A DNA stretch of 64,000 bases, taken from positions 17,593-81,592 of the forward strand of contig CAVXAM010000009.1 of assembly GCA_963759785.1 (NCBI GenBank). Reading direction: 5' to 3'. Of this stretch, positions 43,500 through 53,320 are shown one piece after another (within the stretch, counting starts at the first letter, position 1; each line of letters opens with the position of its first letter). Origin of the DNA: an uncultured Chloroflexia bacterium. Its GTDB lineage: Bacteria; Chloroflexota; Dehalococcoidia; Dehalococcoidales; RBG-16-60-22. The translations under genes were made by a program, and so were the position numbers. The notes beneath the pieces are model-generated. The model saw only the letters and a list, made by a program, of their open reading frames with translations. It ran no database searches and was not told where the DNA came from.

Positions 43500-44339
43500 T
43501 TAAATCCCCAATAAGCGCCGGGCATTAACGCCAAGGATTTCATCGCGATTTTGTTCGGTTAGTCCCGCAGTATTAATCTCATTCAGAATACGTAACTGTG
43601 CCATAACCGGATAGTCCGTGCCGAAAAGTATCCTATCCGCGCCGACCAGCTGGCTAACCTGCAGGTAGATTTCGGGACGGTACAGGAAGGGCGAAATAGC
43701 TGTGTCGAAATACACGTCTTCTAAAGCCTCCCGCACCTCCGGCATCAGGGTATAAAAAGGCAATCCCCCGCCCCAATGAGCACAAACTACCGGCAAATCG
43801 GCAAAATTTAAGATGAACTTAAATAATAAAGCCGGTGTGGCGGCTCCTTTGCCGGGATAAACATGCCCCACCGGTTCCGAAGAATGCGTCATAACGATTA
43901 ACTTGTGTTTTCGTACCAGATCGGTAAAAGACTTAATGACGTTTTTTTTAGTATAGTCTAATGCCTGGGTATCGGGTCGGAGTTCGCCCACTCCCCTTAT
44001 CCCCCCGCTAATGCACCTCTCGATTTCTTTTAGCGAAGCGTCACTAATATAGGAATTAACCGCGCAGAAACCGATTAAGCGTTTAGGGTGATGGGCGACC
44101 GACTCGAGAATATAGTCGTTGGTTTCGACGCAAAGCTCATGGGTGGTCCAGCTATAGTTAACGATAACGGAAACGTCGACCCCGTCCCTATCCATACTGT
44201 TGATGAGGTCTTCGGCGGTGGCTATTTTAACTTTTTCGCCGGAATATATCTGGGCGAAGGCGGCGTCTTTACTGACATACTGACTGCGGTGGTTTTTTAT
44301 CCGTGGCGGTAATACATGCGTGTGGAAATCAATTATCAT
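43500..44339 (-). CDS. amidohydrolase-family metal-dependent hydrolase
   Basis: MIIDFHTHV start; HSSE, AHWGGG, FGTDYP. The upstream 75 codons of the ORF-track call are Arg/Lys-rich and overlap rplY, so they were trimmed. Confidence 0.75.
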   Translation of the reverse strand: MIIDFHTHVLPPRIKNHRSQYVSKDAAFAQIYSGEKVKIATAEDLINSMDRDGVDVSVIVNYSWTTHELCVETNDYILESVAHHPKRLIGFCAVNSYISDASLKEIERCISGGIRGVGELRPDTQALDYTKKNVIKSFTDLVRKHKLIVMTHSSEPVGHVYPGKGAATPALLFKFILNFADLPVVCAHWGGGLPFYTLMPEVREALEDVYFDTAISPFLYRPEIYLQVSQLVGADRILFGTDYPVMAQLRILNEINTAGLTEQNRDEILGVNARRLLGI

Positions 44340-44373
44340 CTCACACCATAAATCCGCAGCCAGAACAGTTGGG

Positions 44374-45129
44374 TTATTCTTTCTTCTCCGGCGCCTTCTT
44401 ATCGGTTGGAGCTTTCTTATCAGCCGGTGCTTTCTTCTCGCCTCCGGCTCCGGCTTCAGCCGCCGGTTTTTCCGCGGCGCCTTCAGCCGCTGCCCCTTCT
44501 TCACCCTCGACAGGAACTTCACCTTCACCCTCGACAGCAGCAACCACCGGTTTCTCTTCTTCAATCTTAATAACGAGTTCGGAGACCTTAACGACCAGCA
44601 GTTCCGGGTCGTCGTGGACGAGAATATCCGGGTCGAGGTAAATATCTTTAACGTGGATACTTTGGTCGAGTTCGGTTAATATACTTATGTCAACTTCAAT
44701 CTGTGGCGGTACTTTTTCCGGCAGACACTCAAGACTTAAGACGGTAGTGCCGCGGGAAAGGATACGTCCCTTCCCTTTCATGGCAGGAGCTTCGCCGACC
44801 AGGACGATAGGTACGTCCATGGTCATCTTTTCTCCCTTGCGTACCTGGTAAAAATCTACGTGCAATAATTCGCGGGTAATCGTGTCTTTCTGGATTTCGC
44901 GCAAGAAGACGGTTTTCGGTTCTTTATCGCCTTCGACGTTCAGGTTGACCAGACGCGTCGTTCCGGCATGAGCCACGATTTTCTTCAGCTCGTTGGTATC
45001 GCACTGTAAAGCTAAGGATTCCAGGCTATGTCCAAAGAGATGCGTCGGCGTAACGCCCTGGCGGCGTAAAAACCGGGTCTTTTTGCCAAGCACATCCCGT
45101 TTCGTTGCTTTTATCTTGAGTTCCTGCAT
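44374..45129 (-). CDS. rplY: ribosomal protein L25/Ctc with acidic then KKAP-repeat C-terminal extension
   Basis: KATKRDVLGKKTRFLRRQGVTP..., two-domain Ctc form; tail ...KKAPADKKAPTDKKAPEKKE. Confidence 0.9.
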   Translation of the reverse strand: MQELKIKATKRDVLGKKTRFLRRQGVTPTHLFGHSLESLALQCDTNELKKIVAHAGTTRLVNLNVEGDKEPKTVFLREIQKDTITRELLHVDFYQVRKGEKMTMDVPIVLVGEAPAMKGKGRILSRGTTVLSLECLPEKVPPQIEVDISILTELDQSIHVKDIYLDPDILVHDDPELLVVKVSELVIKIEEEKPVVAAVEGEGEVPVEGEEGAAAEGAAEKPAAEAGAGGEKKAPADKKAPTDKKAPEKKE

Positions 45130-45222
45130 CTATGTACCCCTTTCAACCTTTCAATTTAACCATAAATAGCTTAAAAAATCAATTTATCAGATTCTCTTGA
45201 TTGTATAACTTGATATTAATAT

Positions 45223-45253
45223 TTGACTGCGTTGAACTAGATATGTATATAAT
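45223..45253 (+). promoter_or_regulatory. sigma70-like promoter (TTGACT-17-TATATAAT)
   Basis: Read directly, about 40 nt upstream of zupT. Confidence 0.35.
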
Positions 45254-45289
45254 TAACCTTTACGAAAAAGCGTTTGAAATAGAAATAAC

Positions 45290-46108
45290 ATGAGCGATAT
45301 ATCTTTTGGGTTTTTAATAACCGCCTTGGCTGGTATATCTACCGGCATCGGCAGCGCTATCGCCTATTTTATACGTAAACCCAGCCCAAAAATCATGTCA
45401 TTTATACTCGGCTTCTCTGCCGGAGTGATGATTTATATCTCCTTTGCCGAATTACTGCACCAGTCATTTGATAAAGTCGGGTTCGTTCCGGGTAACATAG
45501 GGTTCTTCGCCGGCATCGCTTTCATCGCCATACTCGATATTTTAATTCCACATGAATATAAAGAGGAACATATTGAAATGCCCTCCGCTGGTTTAACGGA
45601 GGCTGATTCACGTCGCCGCTGGCAGCACCAACATGGCAGAAAAACCCACCGCTCGATGATGATGCGAGTAGGGATACTTACCGCCATCGGCATTGCGATA
45701 CATAACTTTCCGGAAGGTCTAGCTGTGTTTAGCAGCGGCATCACCGGCGACAGGACTTTTGGCTTACTGGTAGCCGTGGCCATCGCCCTCCATAACATTC
45801 CCGAGGGAATCAGCGTCTCCATCCCTATCTGGGAAGCTACCGGCTCTCGCAACAAGGCTTTCCTTTACTCTTTCGCGTCTGGTCTGGCTGAACCAATCGG
45901 CGCCGTTATCGGCTACGCTGTTCTGTTCAATTTCCTCACGCCAACCCTTATCTATTCCCTGTTAGCCTTTTCCGCCGGCATCATGGTCTATATCTCTCTT
46001 GACGAACTCCTGCCAACTGCCCACCTCTACGGTAAATCCCATCTGGTCATTATCGGCGTCATCGCCGGTATGGTGCTGATGGCTTTAAGCATCTACCTGA
46101 TACGTTAG
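45290..46108 (+). CDS. zupT: ZIP-family zinc transporter
   Basis: 8 TM pattern, HNFPEGLA and HNIPEGIS motifs, His-rich loop. Confidence 0.85.
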   Translation: MSDISFGFLITALAGISTGIGSAIAYFIRKPSPKIMSFILGFSAGVMIYISFAELLHQSFDKVGFVPGNIGFFAGIAFIAILDILIPHEYKEEHIEMPSAGLTEADSRRRWQHQHGRKTHRSMMMRVGILTAIGIAIHNFPEGLAVFSSGITGDRTFGLLVAVAIALHNIPEGISVSIPIWEATGSRNKAFLYSFASGLAEPIGAVIGYAVLFNFLTPTLIYSLLAFSAGIMVYISLDELLPTAHLYGKSHLVIIGVIAGMVLMALSIYLIR

Positions 46109-46170
46109 CCGCATGTTATAATTGAATCAGTTACCCCTTTTATACACGCTCTTCCCTTAAGGAGTTTCCT

Positions 46171-47568
46171 TTGTTTAAGAAAATATTAATCGCCAACCGC
46201 GGTGAAATAGCCGTTAGAATCATCAGAACCTGCCGTGAAATGGGCATCAGTACCGTCGCTGTATATTCAGAAGCTGATGCCGATTCGCTCCACGTCAAGC
46301 TAGCCGACGAAGCCTATTCTATCGGTCCGGCAGAATCAATTAAATCCTATCTTAATACCGAAAAGATACTAGCAGTGGCCCGACAGTGCAAAGCGGAAGC
46401 AATCCACCCAGGTTACGGCTTTTTAGCCGAAAATCCAGTCTTCGTCGAAGCCTGTGAAAAACAGGGACTAACCTTTATCGGTCCGCCTAGTAAATCGATG
46501 TATACCGTTAAACCCAAGTACGCCGCCCGCAACCTGATGAAGTTGCTCAATATCCCCGTCGTTCCCGGTCACGACCAGGTGCTGACCGGAGAAACGAGAA
46601 AGAATTTAGCACGTATTAATGAAGTCGCCGATAACATCGGCTACCCGGTAATCGTTAAGCCTTCGGGCGGGGGCGGGGGTATCGGTATGACTATCGCCCA
46701 TAATCAGGAGGAACTGGTTAAAGCGGTGCGTTCGGTTGAGGAGCGGGGACAAAAGCTTTTTGGTATTTCTTCTTTCTACATCGAAAAATACTTCCCTAGC
46801 ATGAAACATATTGAGTTCCAGGTGCTGGCGGATAAATACGGTAACGTAGTTCACCTCGGCGAGCGTGACTGCTCGATACAACGTCGCTTCCAGAAGCTAA
46901 TCGAAGAGTCTCCCTGCTCGATACTGTCGCCCCACTTAAGGATGAAAATGGGCGCCGCCGCTTTAGACATCGCCCTGGCGATGAAATACGTCAATGCGAT
47001 GACCGTCGAGTTCTTTTACGTCCCCAAGACCCAGGAATTCTATTTTAACGAAGTGAACACGCGTCTGCAGGTCGAGCACTGTGTCACGGAAATGGTCACC
47101 GACGTCGATATCGTTAAAGAGCAGATAAAAATCGCCGCCGGAGAAAAACTCTCCTATTCACAGGACGAAGTTATTCGCCACGGCTGGGCTATCGAGTGCC
47201 GTATCACCGCCGAAAATGCGGCGCTTAACTTCCTCCCCTCTCCCGGCCAGATAACCAAACTACACTTACCGCACGGTCCTAATTTAAGAATCGACGAGGG
47301 CATCTATGAACACTATACCGTGCCGTTTTATTACGACCCGCTGCTGTGTAAGATAATGACCTGGGGTAAGAACCGGGACGAAGCGATTTTGCGGATGAAA
47401 AGAGTAATGGACGAGATTAGGATAGAGGGGATTGTTACAAATATCCCCTTTTACCAAATCGCTTTAGTGGATGAAGAGTTTAAAAGCGGGTGGTACGCGA
47501 CGGACTTTATCGAAAAACAGCAAATCGTCAAAAAACTACGCGAGCAGGCTAAGAAAGCGAAAGAGTAG
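46171..47568 (+). CDS. accC: biotin carboxylase (acetyl-CoA or pyruvate carboxylase subunit A)
   Basis: KILIANRGEIAVRIIRTCREMGI, ATP-grasp GGGGIGM, EVNTRLQVEH; TTG start after AAGGAG. Confidence 0.85.
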   Translation: MFKKILIANRGEIAVRIIRTCREMGISTVAVYSEADADSLHVKLADEAYSIGPAESIKSYLNTEKILAVARQCKAEAIHPGYGFLAENPVFVEACEKQGLTFIGPPSKSMYTVKPKYAARNLMKLLNIPVVPGHDQVLTGETRKNLARINEVADNIGYPVIVKPSGGGGGIGMTIAHNQEELVKAVRSVEERGQKLFGISSFYIEKYFPSMKHIEFQVLADKYGNVVHLGERDCSIQRRFQKLIEESPCSILSPHLRMKMGAAALDIALAMKYVNAMTVEFFYVPKTQEFYFNEVNTRLQVEHCVTEMVTDVDIVKEQIKIAAGEKLSYSQDEVIRHGWAIECRITAENAALNFLPSPGQITKLHLPHGPNLRIDEGIYEHYTVPFYYDPLLCKIMTWGKNRDEAILRMKRVMDEIRIEGIVTNIPFYQIALVDEEFKSGWYATDFIEKQQIVKKLREQAKKAKE

Positions 47569-47572
47569 AAAG

Positions 47573-48355
47573 ATGACGACGAAAAGAAATAAAGAGGTTA
47601 TCGATATCTGGAATACCAACGCCGCTTTCTGGGATAAACGGATGGGCGAAGGCAACGATTTTCATCGACTGCTGCTGGAACCCAACCTGCTGGATATGCT
47701 CCAGATAAAAAAGGGCGACGCTATACTGGAGGTTGGGTGCGGCAACGGACAATTAGCCCGGAAAATGGCGGGGCTGGGGGCTAAAGTTACCGCTATCGAT
47801 GGTGCGGCGAAATTCATCAAAATCGCTAAGCAAAAACCGCTGGCGGACAAAATCGACTACCGGGTTATCGATATTACCAATACCGCCGAGTTGAAAAAAC
47901 TAAAGGATAATACTTACGATGCCATTGTCTGTAACATGGTTTTAATGGACGTTGAAAATATCGAGCCGTTTATCGGTTTCTTACCGCAAGTACTAAAGAA
48001 AAATGGTAGATTCATTTTTTCGGTAACGCATCCCTGCTTTAATTCCGGCGAAACCGCCCTCGTCCACGAACGGAACGATATCGGCGGCGAGATTCATGAA
48101 TATTACGGCGTTAAAGTGAGTAACTACTTAAAAGCGCGAGCTGCCAAGGGACTGGGTATGATCGGGCAGCCATTGCCGCAATATTACTTCCACCGCCCGC
48201 TATCGGAGTTATTAAAGGTTTGTTTTAAAAACGGGTTTTTCATGGACGACTTAAGAGAGCCTTCTTTCAAAGAGTCCGAAGTCAGGTCCATATACAATAA
48301 CGTCTTCGTAAATATCCCGCCGGCGATTATCTGCGGCTTTAAACTAATAAAATAG
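47573..48355 (+). CDS. class I SAM-dependent methyltransferase
   Basis: ILEVGCGNGQL motif I; ATG 47573 lies 4 nt after the accC stop. Confidence 0.8.
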   Translation: MTTKRNKEVIDIWNTNAAFWDKRMGEGNDFHRLLLEPNLLDMLQIKKGDAILEVGCGNGQLARKMAGLGAKVTAIDGAAKFIKIAKQKPLADKIDYRVIDITNTAELKKLKDNTYDAIVCNMVLMDVENIEPFIGFLPQVLKKNGRFIFSVTHPCFNSGETALVHERNDIGGEIHEYYGVKVSNYLKARAAKGLGMIGQPLPQYYFHRPLSELLKVCFKNGFFMDDLREPSFKESEVRSIYNNVFVNIPPAIICGFKLIK

Positions 48356-48405
48356 TACCGTTTTAATAGACTTCGTTTAGCTCGTCGTTATATAATGGTG
48401 GCGAA

Positions 48406-49278
48406 GTGAACGATTCGAAGAATCTAAAAAATGAAACCTCGGTAAATAAAGCAAACACCGAGGTTTTTTCGTCTGATGAAGACCTTGCTGACGTCTGTAA
48501 AAGGCTGCGCCGCGATATCGTGACGATGATAGCTAAAGCCGGCAGCGGGCATCCCGGCGGGTCTCTATCCGCCGTCGAAATCGTCGTTACGCTTTACTGG
48601 AAGGTACTACATCATAAACCCCTCGACCCCAACTGGTCAGAGCGCGACCGGTTCGTCTTGAGTAAAGGGCACGCCGCCCCCGTCCTTTATGCCATCCTGG
48701 CGGAATGCGGCTACTTCCCTAAAGCGGAGTTAAGCACCCTCCGTCAAATCGACAGCCGTTTACAGGGCCACGCCGACCGCACCGCTACTCCCGGCGTCGA
48801 GATGTCCTCGGGGAGTTTGGGGCAGGGTCTGTCTTTCGCCATTGGGTCGGCTTTAGCCGGTCGCCTGGATAAAGCGTCGTGGCGCGTTTACGCCCTCTTA
48901 AGCGACGGCGAGTGCGACGAAGGGCAGACATGGGAAGCCGCGATGTCCGCCGCGATGTTTAAGTTGGACAACCTGACGGCTATTGTGGATAACAACGGCA
49001 TCCAGCTAAGCGGCTTTAATAAGGACATCATGAATATCGACCCGCTGAATAAAAAGTTCGAGGCTTTCGGCTGGCAGGTTATTGAGATTGATGGTCATGA
49101 CCTAAAGCAGGTTCTGGACGCACTTAAAAAAGCCCAGCAGATTAAAGGACAACCCACCGTCATTATCGCCCACACCATTAAGGGTAAGGGCGTGAGTTTT
49201 ATGGAGAATAACGTGGATTTTCACGGTAAAGCCCCTAACGCCGAGCAACTTGAAAAAGCTTTAAAGGAGCTGGCTTAA
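48406..49278 (+). CDS. transketolase, N-terminal (TPP-binding) subunit
   Basis: SGHPGGSLS, SKGHAAP, GSLGQGLS, LSDGECDEG. Confidence 0.9.
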   Translation: MNDSKNLKNETSVNKANTEVFSSDEDLADVCKRLRRDIVTMIAKAGSGHPGGSLSAVEIVVTLYWKVLHHKPLDPNWSERDRFVLSKGHAAPVLYAILAECGYFPKAELSTLRQIDSRLQGHADRTATPGVEMSSGSLGQGLSFAIGSALAGRLDKASWRVYALLSDGECDEGQTWEAAMSAAMFKLDNLTAIVDNNGIQLSGFNKDIMNIDPLNKKFEAFGWQVIEIDGHDLKQVLDALKKAQQIKGQPTVIIAHTIKGKGVSFMENNVDFHGKAPNAEQLEKALKELA

Positions 49279-49279
49279 C

Positions 49280-50221
49280 GTGCCGGAAGAAGTCGCCCCG
49301 CGCGAGGTTTTCGGAAAAACGCTGGTCGTGCTGGGACAGGAAAACCCGGCCATTGTCGTGCTGGACGCCGACCTGTCGCCTTCGACGATGACCGGCTACT
49401 TTAAAAAGGCTTTCCCGGAACGCTTTTTCGAGGTCGGTATCGCCGAGGCGAACATGATTGGCATCGCCTGCGGTCTGGCGGCTAACGGCAAGATACCCTT
49501 CGCCAGCACTTTCGCGGTTTTCGCGACGAGCCGCTGCTTCGACCAGATACGGGTGTCGGTGGCGCAAGCCAAACTCAATGTTAAAATAGTCGCCACCCAT
49601 TCCGGTCTAACAGTCGGCGAGGACGGCGCTTCGCACCAAGCGCTGGAAGACCTGGCATTAATCTGTTCACTCCCCGGCTTTACGGTCATTGTTCCGGCGG
49701 ACGGTATCGAGACCGCCCAGGCTATCAGGGCAGTGGCGGCGCATAACGGTCCCTGCTACGTGAGATTGATACGCGGCAAGCTGCCGCTGGTTTTTGATGA
49801 TAAATATAAATTCCAAATCGGTAAAGCCGCTATAATACGCCAGGGTAAAGACGCCACCATTATGGCTATCGGTACCATGGTCGCCCCGGCTTTAGAGGCC
49901 GCCGACGTTTTAGTTAAAGAAAGTATTAACTGCCGGGTGTTGAATATGTCCACGCTGAAGCCGATTGACGCCGAGGCGGTGCTTCAGGCGGCTAAAGAAA
50001 CCGGCGCTATCGTAACCGCCGAAGAGCACCAGGAGCACGGCGGGTTAGGCAGCAAAGTCGCCCGGATTATCGCCAAACATCATCCAATACCGATGGAATT
50101 TATCGCCGTCAAAGATAAATTCGGTATGTCCGGCAAACCGGCAGAATTACTGGAAAGATACGGCTTAACGGCTAAAGATATTATTAAAGCCGTACATGAT
50201 GTAATAAAGAGAAAAGGTTAG
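49280..50221 (+). CDS. transketolase, C-terminal (pyrimidine-binding) subunit
   Basis: FFEVGIAEANMIG, GEDGASHQ; starts 1 nt after the N-subunit stop. Confidence 0.9.
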   Translation: MPEEVAPREVFGKTLVVLGQENPAIVVLDADLSPSTMTGYFKKAFPERFFEVGIAEANMIGIACGLAANGKIPFASTFAVFATSRCFDQIRVSVAQAKLNVKIVATHSGLTVGEDGASHQALEDLALICSLPGFTVIVPADGIETAQAIRAVAAHNGPCYVRLIRGKLPLVFDDKYKFQIGKAAIIRQGKDATIMAIGTMVAPALEAADVLVKESINCRVLNMSTLKPIDAEAVLQAAKETGAIVTAEEHQEHGGLGSKVARIIAKHHPIPMEFIAVKDKFGMSGKPAELLERYGLTAKDIIKAVHDVIKRKG

Positions 50222-50233
50222 CTTTTTTACTAT

Positions 50234-50320
50234 TGTCATTCTGGCGAAGGCCAGAATCTACTTACAACTATATTATATTTTTGGATTCAAAAATGGATTC
50301 CAGCCTACGCTGGAATGACA
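50234..50320. repeat. inverted pair of TGTCATTC-hairpin-GAATC repeats flanking a 36-nt AT-rich spacer
   Basis: TGTCATTCTGGCGAAGGCCAGAATC (50234-50258) and the reverse complement of TGTCATTCCAGCGTAGGCTGGAATCC (50295-50320). Confidence 0.6.
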
Positions 50321-50326
50321 ATTATA

Positions 50327-50809
50327 CTAATCCAAGAAAGCAATCGTTGACGAGGGTTTTTCTTTCAGTTCTACCTTAATGCCGGCTTCTTTGAAAAGGC
50401 CGATAAATGTATCGTCACTGTACTTCCCGAAGCTAACGAAGCGGGCGATTTTCGCGTTAACCAGCATCTTGGCGCAGAGCACACAGGGGGTATGGGTGCA
50501 GTAAACCGTGCTTCCTTCCAAACTAACGCCGTGGAGCCCTGCCTGAATAATCACATTCTGTTCGGCATGAATCGCACGGCACATTTCCTGTCTCGTTCCG
50601 GACGGGATTTTTAACTGGTTGCGGAGACAGCCTAGCTCCAGGCAGTCTTTAGCCCCCGCCGGCGCCCCGTTATAACCGGTCGTTAAAATATGTTTATCCC
50701 TGACGGCTATCGCACCCATATGGTGCCGTTCGCAAGTGGCACGTTCCGCGACTACCGAGGCTATCTTTAAAAAATACTCATCAATATCGGGCCTCTTTAG
50801 TGTTGTCAT
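50327..50809 (-). CDS. dCMP deaminase (ComEB/CDA family)
   Basis: HAEQN and PCVLCAKM zinc motifs. Confidence 0.85.
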   Translation of the reverse strand: MTTLKRPDIDEYFLKIASVVAERATCERHHMGAIAVRDKHILTTGYNGAPAGAKDCLELGCLRNQLKIPSGTRQEMCRAIHAEQNVIIQAGLHGVSLEGSTVYCTHTPCVLCAKMLVNAKIARFVSFGKYSDDTFIGLFKEAGIKVELKEKPSSTIAFLD

Positions 50810-51348
50810 CTTAACCTCGCGACGATTCTTTCGACTTGTTTTTTCAGGTCGCCGATCGAGCCGTTATTTAATATAGTAAAATCAGCCATGCAGATTGGCC
50901 CGCCTTTATTAAGATTTTCGATTTCAGCGCGGTCACGGCTTTCGGCTTGCTGGGGCGTCAGGGGACGTATCTTGCGGCTTCCCAGTCGCTTATATCTATC
51001 CTGCGGCGCTGACCATACCGCCACGACCATGAACTTATCGCCGTAGTAATCTTTAAGATAAATATACTCCTCCCAGGAATATAGGCCGTCCACCACGACG
51101 TTAGAGGTCTTGAGAGCGTTCTCGATACGGGGAACGCTTAATTTGGCATAAGCCGCCATGCCGTGCTCCTGACGAATGCGTTCCCTGACCGGCCTTTCGT
51201 TTTCTTCGGTTAATGACAAGCCCTGCTGTTTCACCGCTTGGTCGGTTATTTCACCGAAACGGACGGTAGTAAAGCCCTTGAAACTGAAAAACCGTGCTAT
51301 TTCCGATTTCCCCGACCCCGCCATGCCGACCACAGCAACAATCTTCAT
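50806..51348 (-). CDS. P-loop nucleotide kinase-like protein
   Basis: VVGMAGSGKS Walker A; about 180 aa, dephospho-CoA kinase/dNMP kinase-like; 4-nt overlap with the dCMP deaminase. Confidence 0.6.
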   Translation of the reverse strand: MKIVAVVGMAGSGKSEIARFFSFKGFTTVRFGEITDQAVKQQGLSLTEENERPVRERIRQEHGMAAYAKLSVPRIENALKTSNVVVDGLYSWEEYIYLKDYYGDKFMVVAVWSAPQDRYKRLGSRKIRPLTPQQAESRDRAEIENLNKGGPICMADFTILNNGSIGDLKKQVERIVARLR

Positions 51349-51395
51349 ACCGCTAATTATAGGCGGTCAGCTAATAAATAACAATTTATAGGGTT

Positions 51396-51536
51396 AGTCA
51401 TTACGAGGAACGAAGTGACGTGCCTGCACACCGAAGTGTTACGGCACGCAGGCGTGGCAATCTCTATGTTACATTTACTCCAATGATTGGGATTCTCACG
51501 GTCGTCCTTCTGCGGAAGGACTCCCTCAGAATGACA
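51396..51536. repeat. inverted pair of the same hairpin-repeat family (long variants)
   Basis: AGTCATTACGAGGAACGAAGTGACG...GGCGTGGCAATCTC (51396-51464) and GGATTCTCACGG...CCCTCAGAATGACA (51490-51536). Confidence 0.5.
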
Positions 51537-51569
51537 AATTCCTAGACAGGCTATGTTATACTACTTAAG

Positions 51570-52826
51570 ATGAGTGCGTCGGAAGCGGTTAACCTAACAT
51601 CCAGCATTAAAGAACAGCTATCCGATATCGTTGTTCAGTTTATCAAGTACGCCGGTAATATCGCCGAACAGCACCAACAGCGCTTGTATTTGGTCGGCGG
51701 CGCGGTACGCGACCTGTTGCGGGAGTGCATCAACCTCGACATCGATATGGTCGTTGAAGGGGACGCGATAAAGCTGGCGCAGGAAATCGCCAACCCGCTT
51801 AAAGCCAAAATAACCGCCCATCCATACTTCGGCACCGCCAAAATAAAGTGGGGCACTCATAGCGCCGACTTTATCACCGCCCGCGCCGAGACCTACGCGC
51901 GACCCGGCGCTTTACCGACTGTAAAGCCTGGCACGATTCAGGATGACCTGGCGCGGCGAGATTTTACGATTAACGCGATGGCTGTTGAGCTTAACCCACC
52001 CCATTTCGGCGAGCTTATCGACCCGTTCAACGGGCGGCAGGACTTAAAGAAAAGACTGCTGCGGGTGCTTCACGAAAAAAGTTTTATCGATGACGCGACG
52101 CGTATCTGGCGCGCCTTGCGTTACGAGCAGCGGCTGGGGTTTCGAATCGAGCCAACGACCCGCCTGCTGATTAAACGGGATATCGCTAATCTGAAGACCA
52201 TCAGCGGCGACCGTATCCGGCACGAACTGGAACTGGTGCTACTGGAAGAGATGCCGGAAAAAGCGCTGCGGCGGGCATATGAATTGGATGTCTTAATGAA
52301 ACTGCATCCCGCTCTAAAGGCTGATAGTTGGCTAATCGAGAGTTTTGAAAAAGCCCGCAAATATTGTCGGACCAACATAGTGCATCCCGAGCTTTATCTA
52401 GCGCTATTGTACTATCGCCTGAACCTCAACGATTTGGAGTACATAATTACGTATCTACACCTGCCAAAAGAAACAACAGAAATCTTGCGGAATACTATAG
52501 CTATTAAGGATAAAACCGATGAATTGCTTACGCCAGGCTTGGCGCCGAGTGAAGTTTATAATTTATTACACGGTTACCACCTGATAGCCTACACCGCTAA
52601 TATTATCACCGCATCCGAAAGCGCCGCCGAGCATATCGAGCTTTACCTGAACGTCTTGAGGCATATTAACCCCGCCTTAAGCGGGGAAGACCTAAAGCGT
52701 TTGGGCGTACCACAAGGACCCAGGATTAAAGAAGCACTCCAAAAGCTCCGCGAAGCCCGTCTGGACGGTAAGATAAGTAGTAAAAAGGCAGAGGAGGAGT
52801 GGGTGAGGATGGTGGTGAATAAGTAG
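51570..52826 (+). CDS. cca: CCA-adding enzyme / poly(A) polymerase-family tRNA nucleotidyltransferase
   Basis: LYLVGGAVRDLL, DIDMVV, RRDFTINAM motifs. Confidence 0.8.
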   Translation: MSASEAVNLTSSIKEQLSDIVVQFIKYAGNIAEQHQQRLYLVGGAVRDLLRECINLDIDMVVEGDAIKLAQEIANPLKAKITAHPYFGTAKIKWGTHSADFITARAETYARPGALPTVKPGTIQDDLARRDFTINAMAVELNPPHFGELIDPFNGRQDLKKRLLRVLHEKSFIDDATRIWRALRYEQRLGFRIEPTTRLLIKRDIANLKTISGDRIRHELELVLLEEMPEKALRRAYELDVLMKLHPALKADSWLIESFEKARKYCRTNIVHPELYLALLYYRLNLNDLEYIITYLHLPKETTEILRNTIAIKDKTDELLTPGLAPSEVYNLLHGYHLIAYTANIITASESAAEHIELYLNVLRHINPALSGEDLKRLGVPQGPRIKEALQKLREARLDGKISSKKAEEEWVRMVVNK

Positions 52827-52839
52827 CAACCGTTCTTTC

Positions 52840-53209
52840 TGTCATTGCGAGCGAAGCGTGGCAATCTCCATCTTAACCTTGGAACAATTCTACGTATAGA
52901 TCATGCCAGTCTGGATTCATCGTATTAATTAATGCTACTTTTTCTTTTCTTGACCAACTTTTTATCTGTTTTTCTCTCAAAATCGCGCTTTCTATGCTTT
53001 CACCTGCTTCATAATATACAAGTTTATTGATATTGTACTTTTTAGTAAATCCTTCTATGAGTTTGTTTTTATGTTCTTGAATCCTTCTCAACAGGTCATT
53101 AGTAACACCGGTGTAGGTGACGGTATTAGTCTCGTTGGTCATGATATAGACGTAATATTGCTTATTCATCGATAGAGATTGCCACGTCGCTGCGCTCCTC
53201 GCAATGACA
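52840..53209. mobile_element. candidate selfish cassette: GIY-YIG gene bracketed by inverted hairpin repeats
   Basis: TGTCATTGCGAGCGAAGCGTGGCAATCTC (52840-52868) and its imperfect inverted copy GAGATTGCCACG...TCGCAATGACA (53175-53209) lie 4-5 nt from either end of the ORF. Confidence 0.4.
52873..53169 (-). CDS. GIY-YIG nuclease-family protein (98 aa)
   Basis: YYVYIMTN..TVTYTGVTNDL..R..EH motif block. Confidence 0.85.
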   Translation of the reverse strand: MNKQYYVYIMTNETNTVTYTGVTNDLLRRIQEHKNKLIEGFTKKYNINKLVYYEAGESIESAILREKQIKSWSRKEKVALINTMNPDWHDLYVELFQG

Positions 53210-53256
53210 AGGCGATATTGGTTGTTATTTAAACATAGTATCGCTTAGGCATATTG

Positions 53257-53297
53257 GAGATTGCCACGACTCGGCTTTATCGGGTTTCGCGATGACC
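53257..53297. repeat. additional copy of the hairpin-repeat family
   Basis: GAGATTGCCACGACTCGG...TTTCGCGATGACC; followed by CCTTCGACAAACTCAGGGCAAGCC, another repeat-like motif. Confidence 0.45.
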
Positions 53298-53320
53298 CTT
53301 CGACAAACTCAGGGCAAGCC

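Noticed and set aside
44340-44564. 75-codon Arg/Lys-rich N-terminal extension of the amidohydrolase ORF (TTG start at 44564)
   Set aside because: It overlaps the 3' end of rplY in another frame and derives from the KKAP-repeat DNA. The canonical MIIDFHTHV start at 44339 fits the family.
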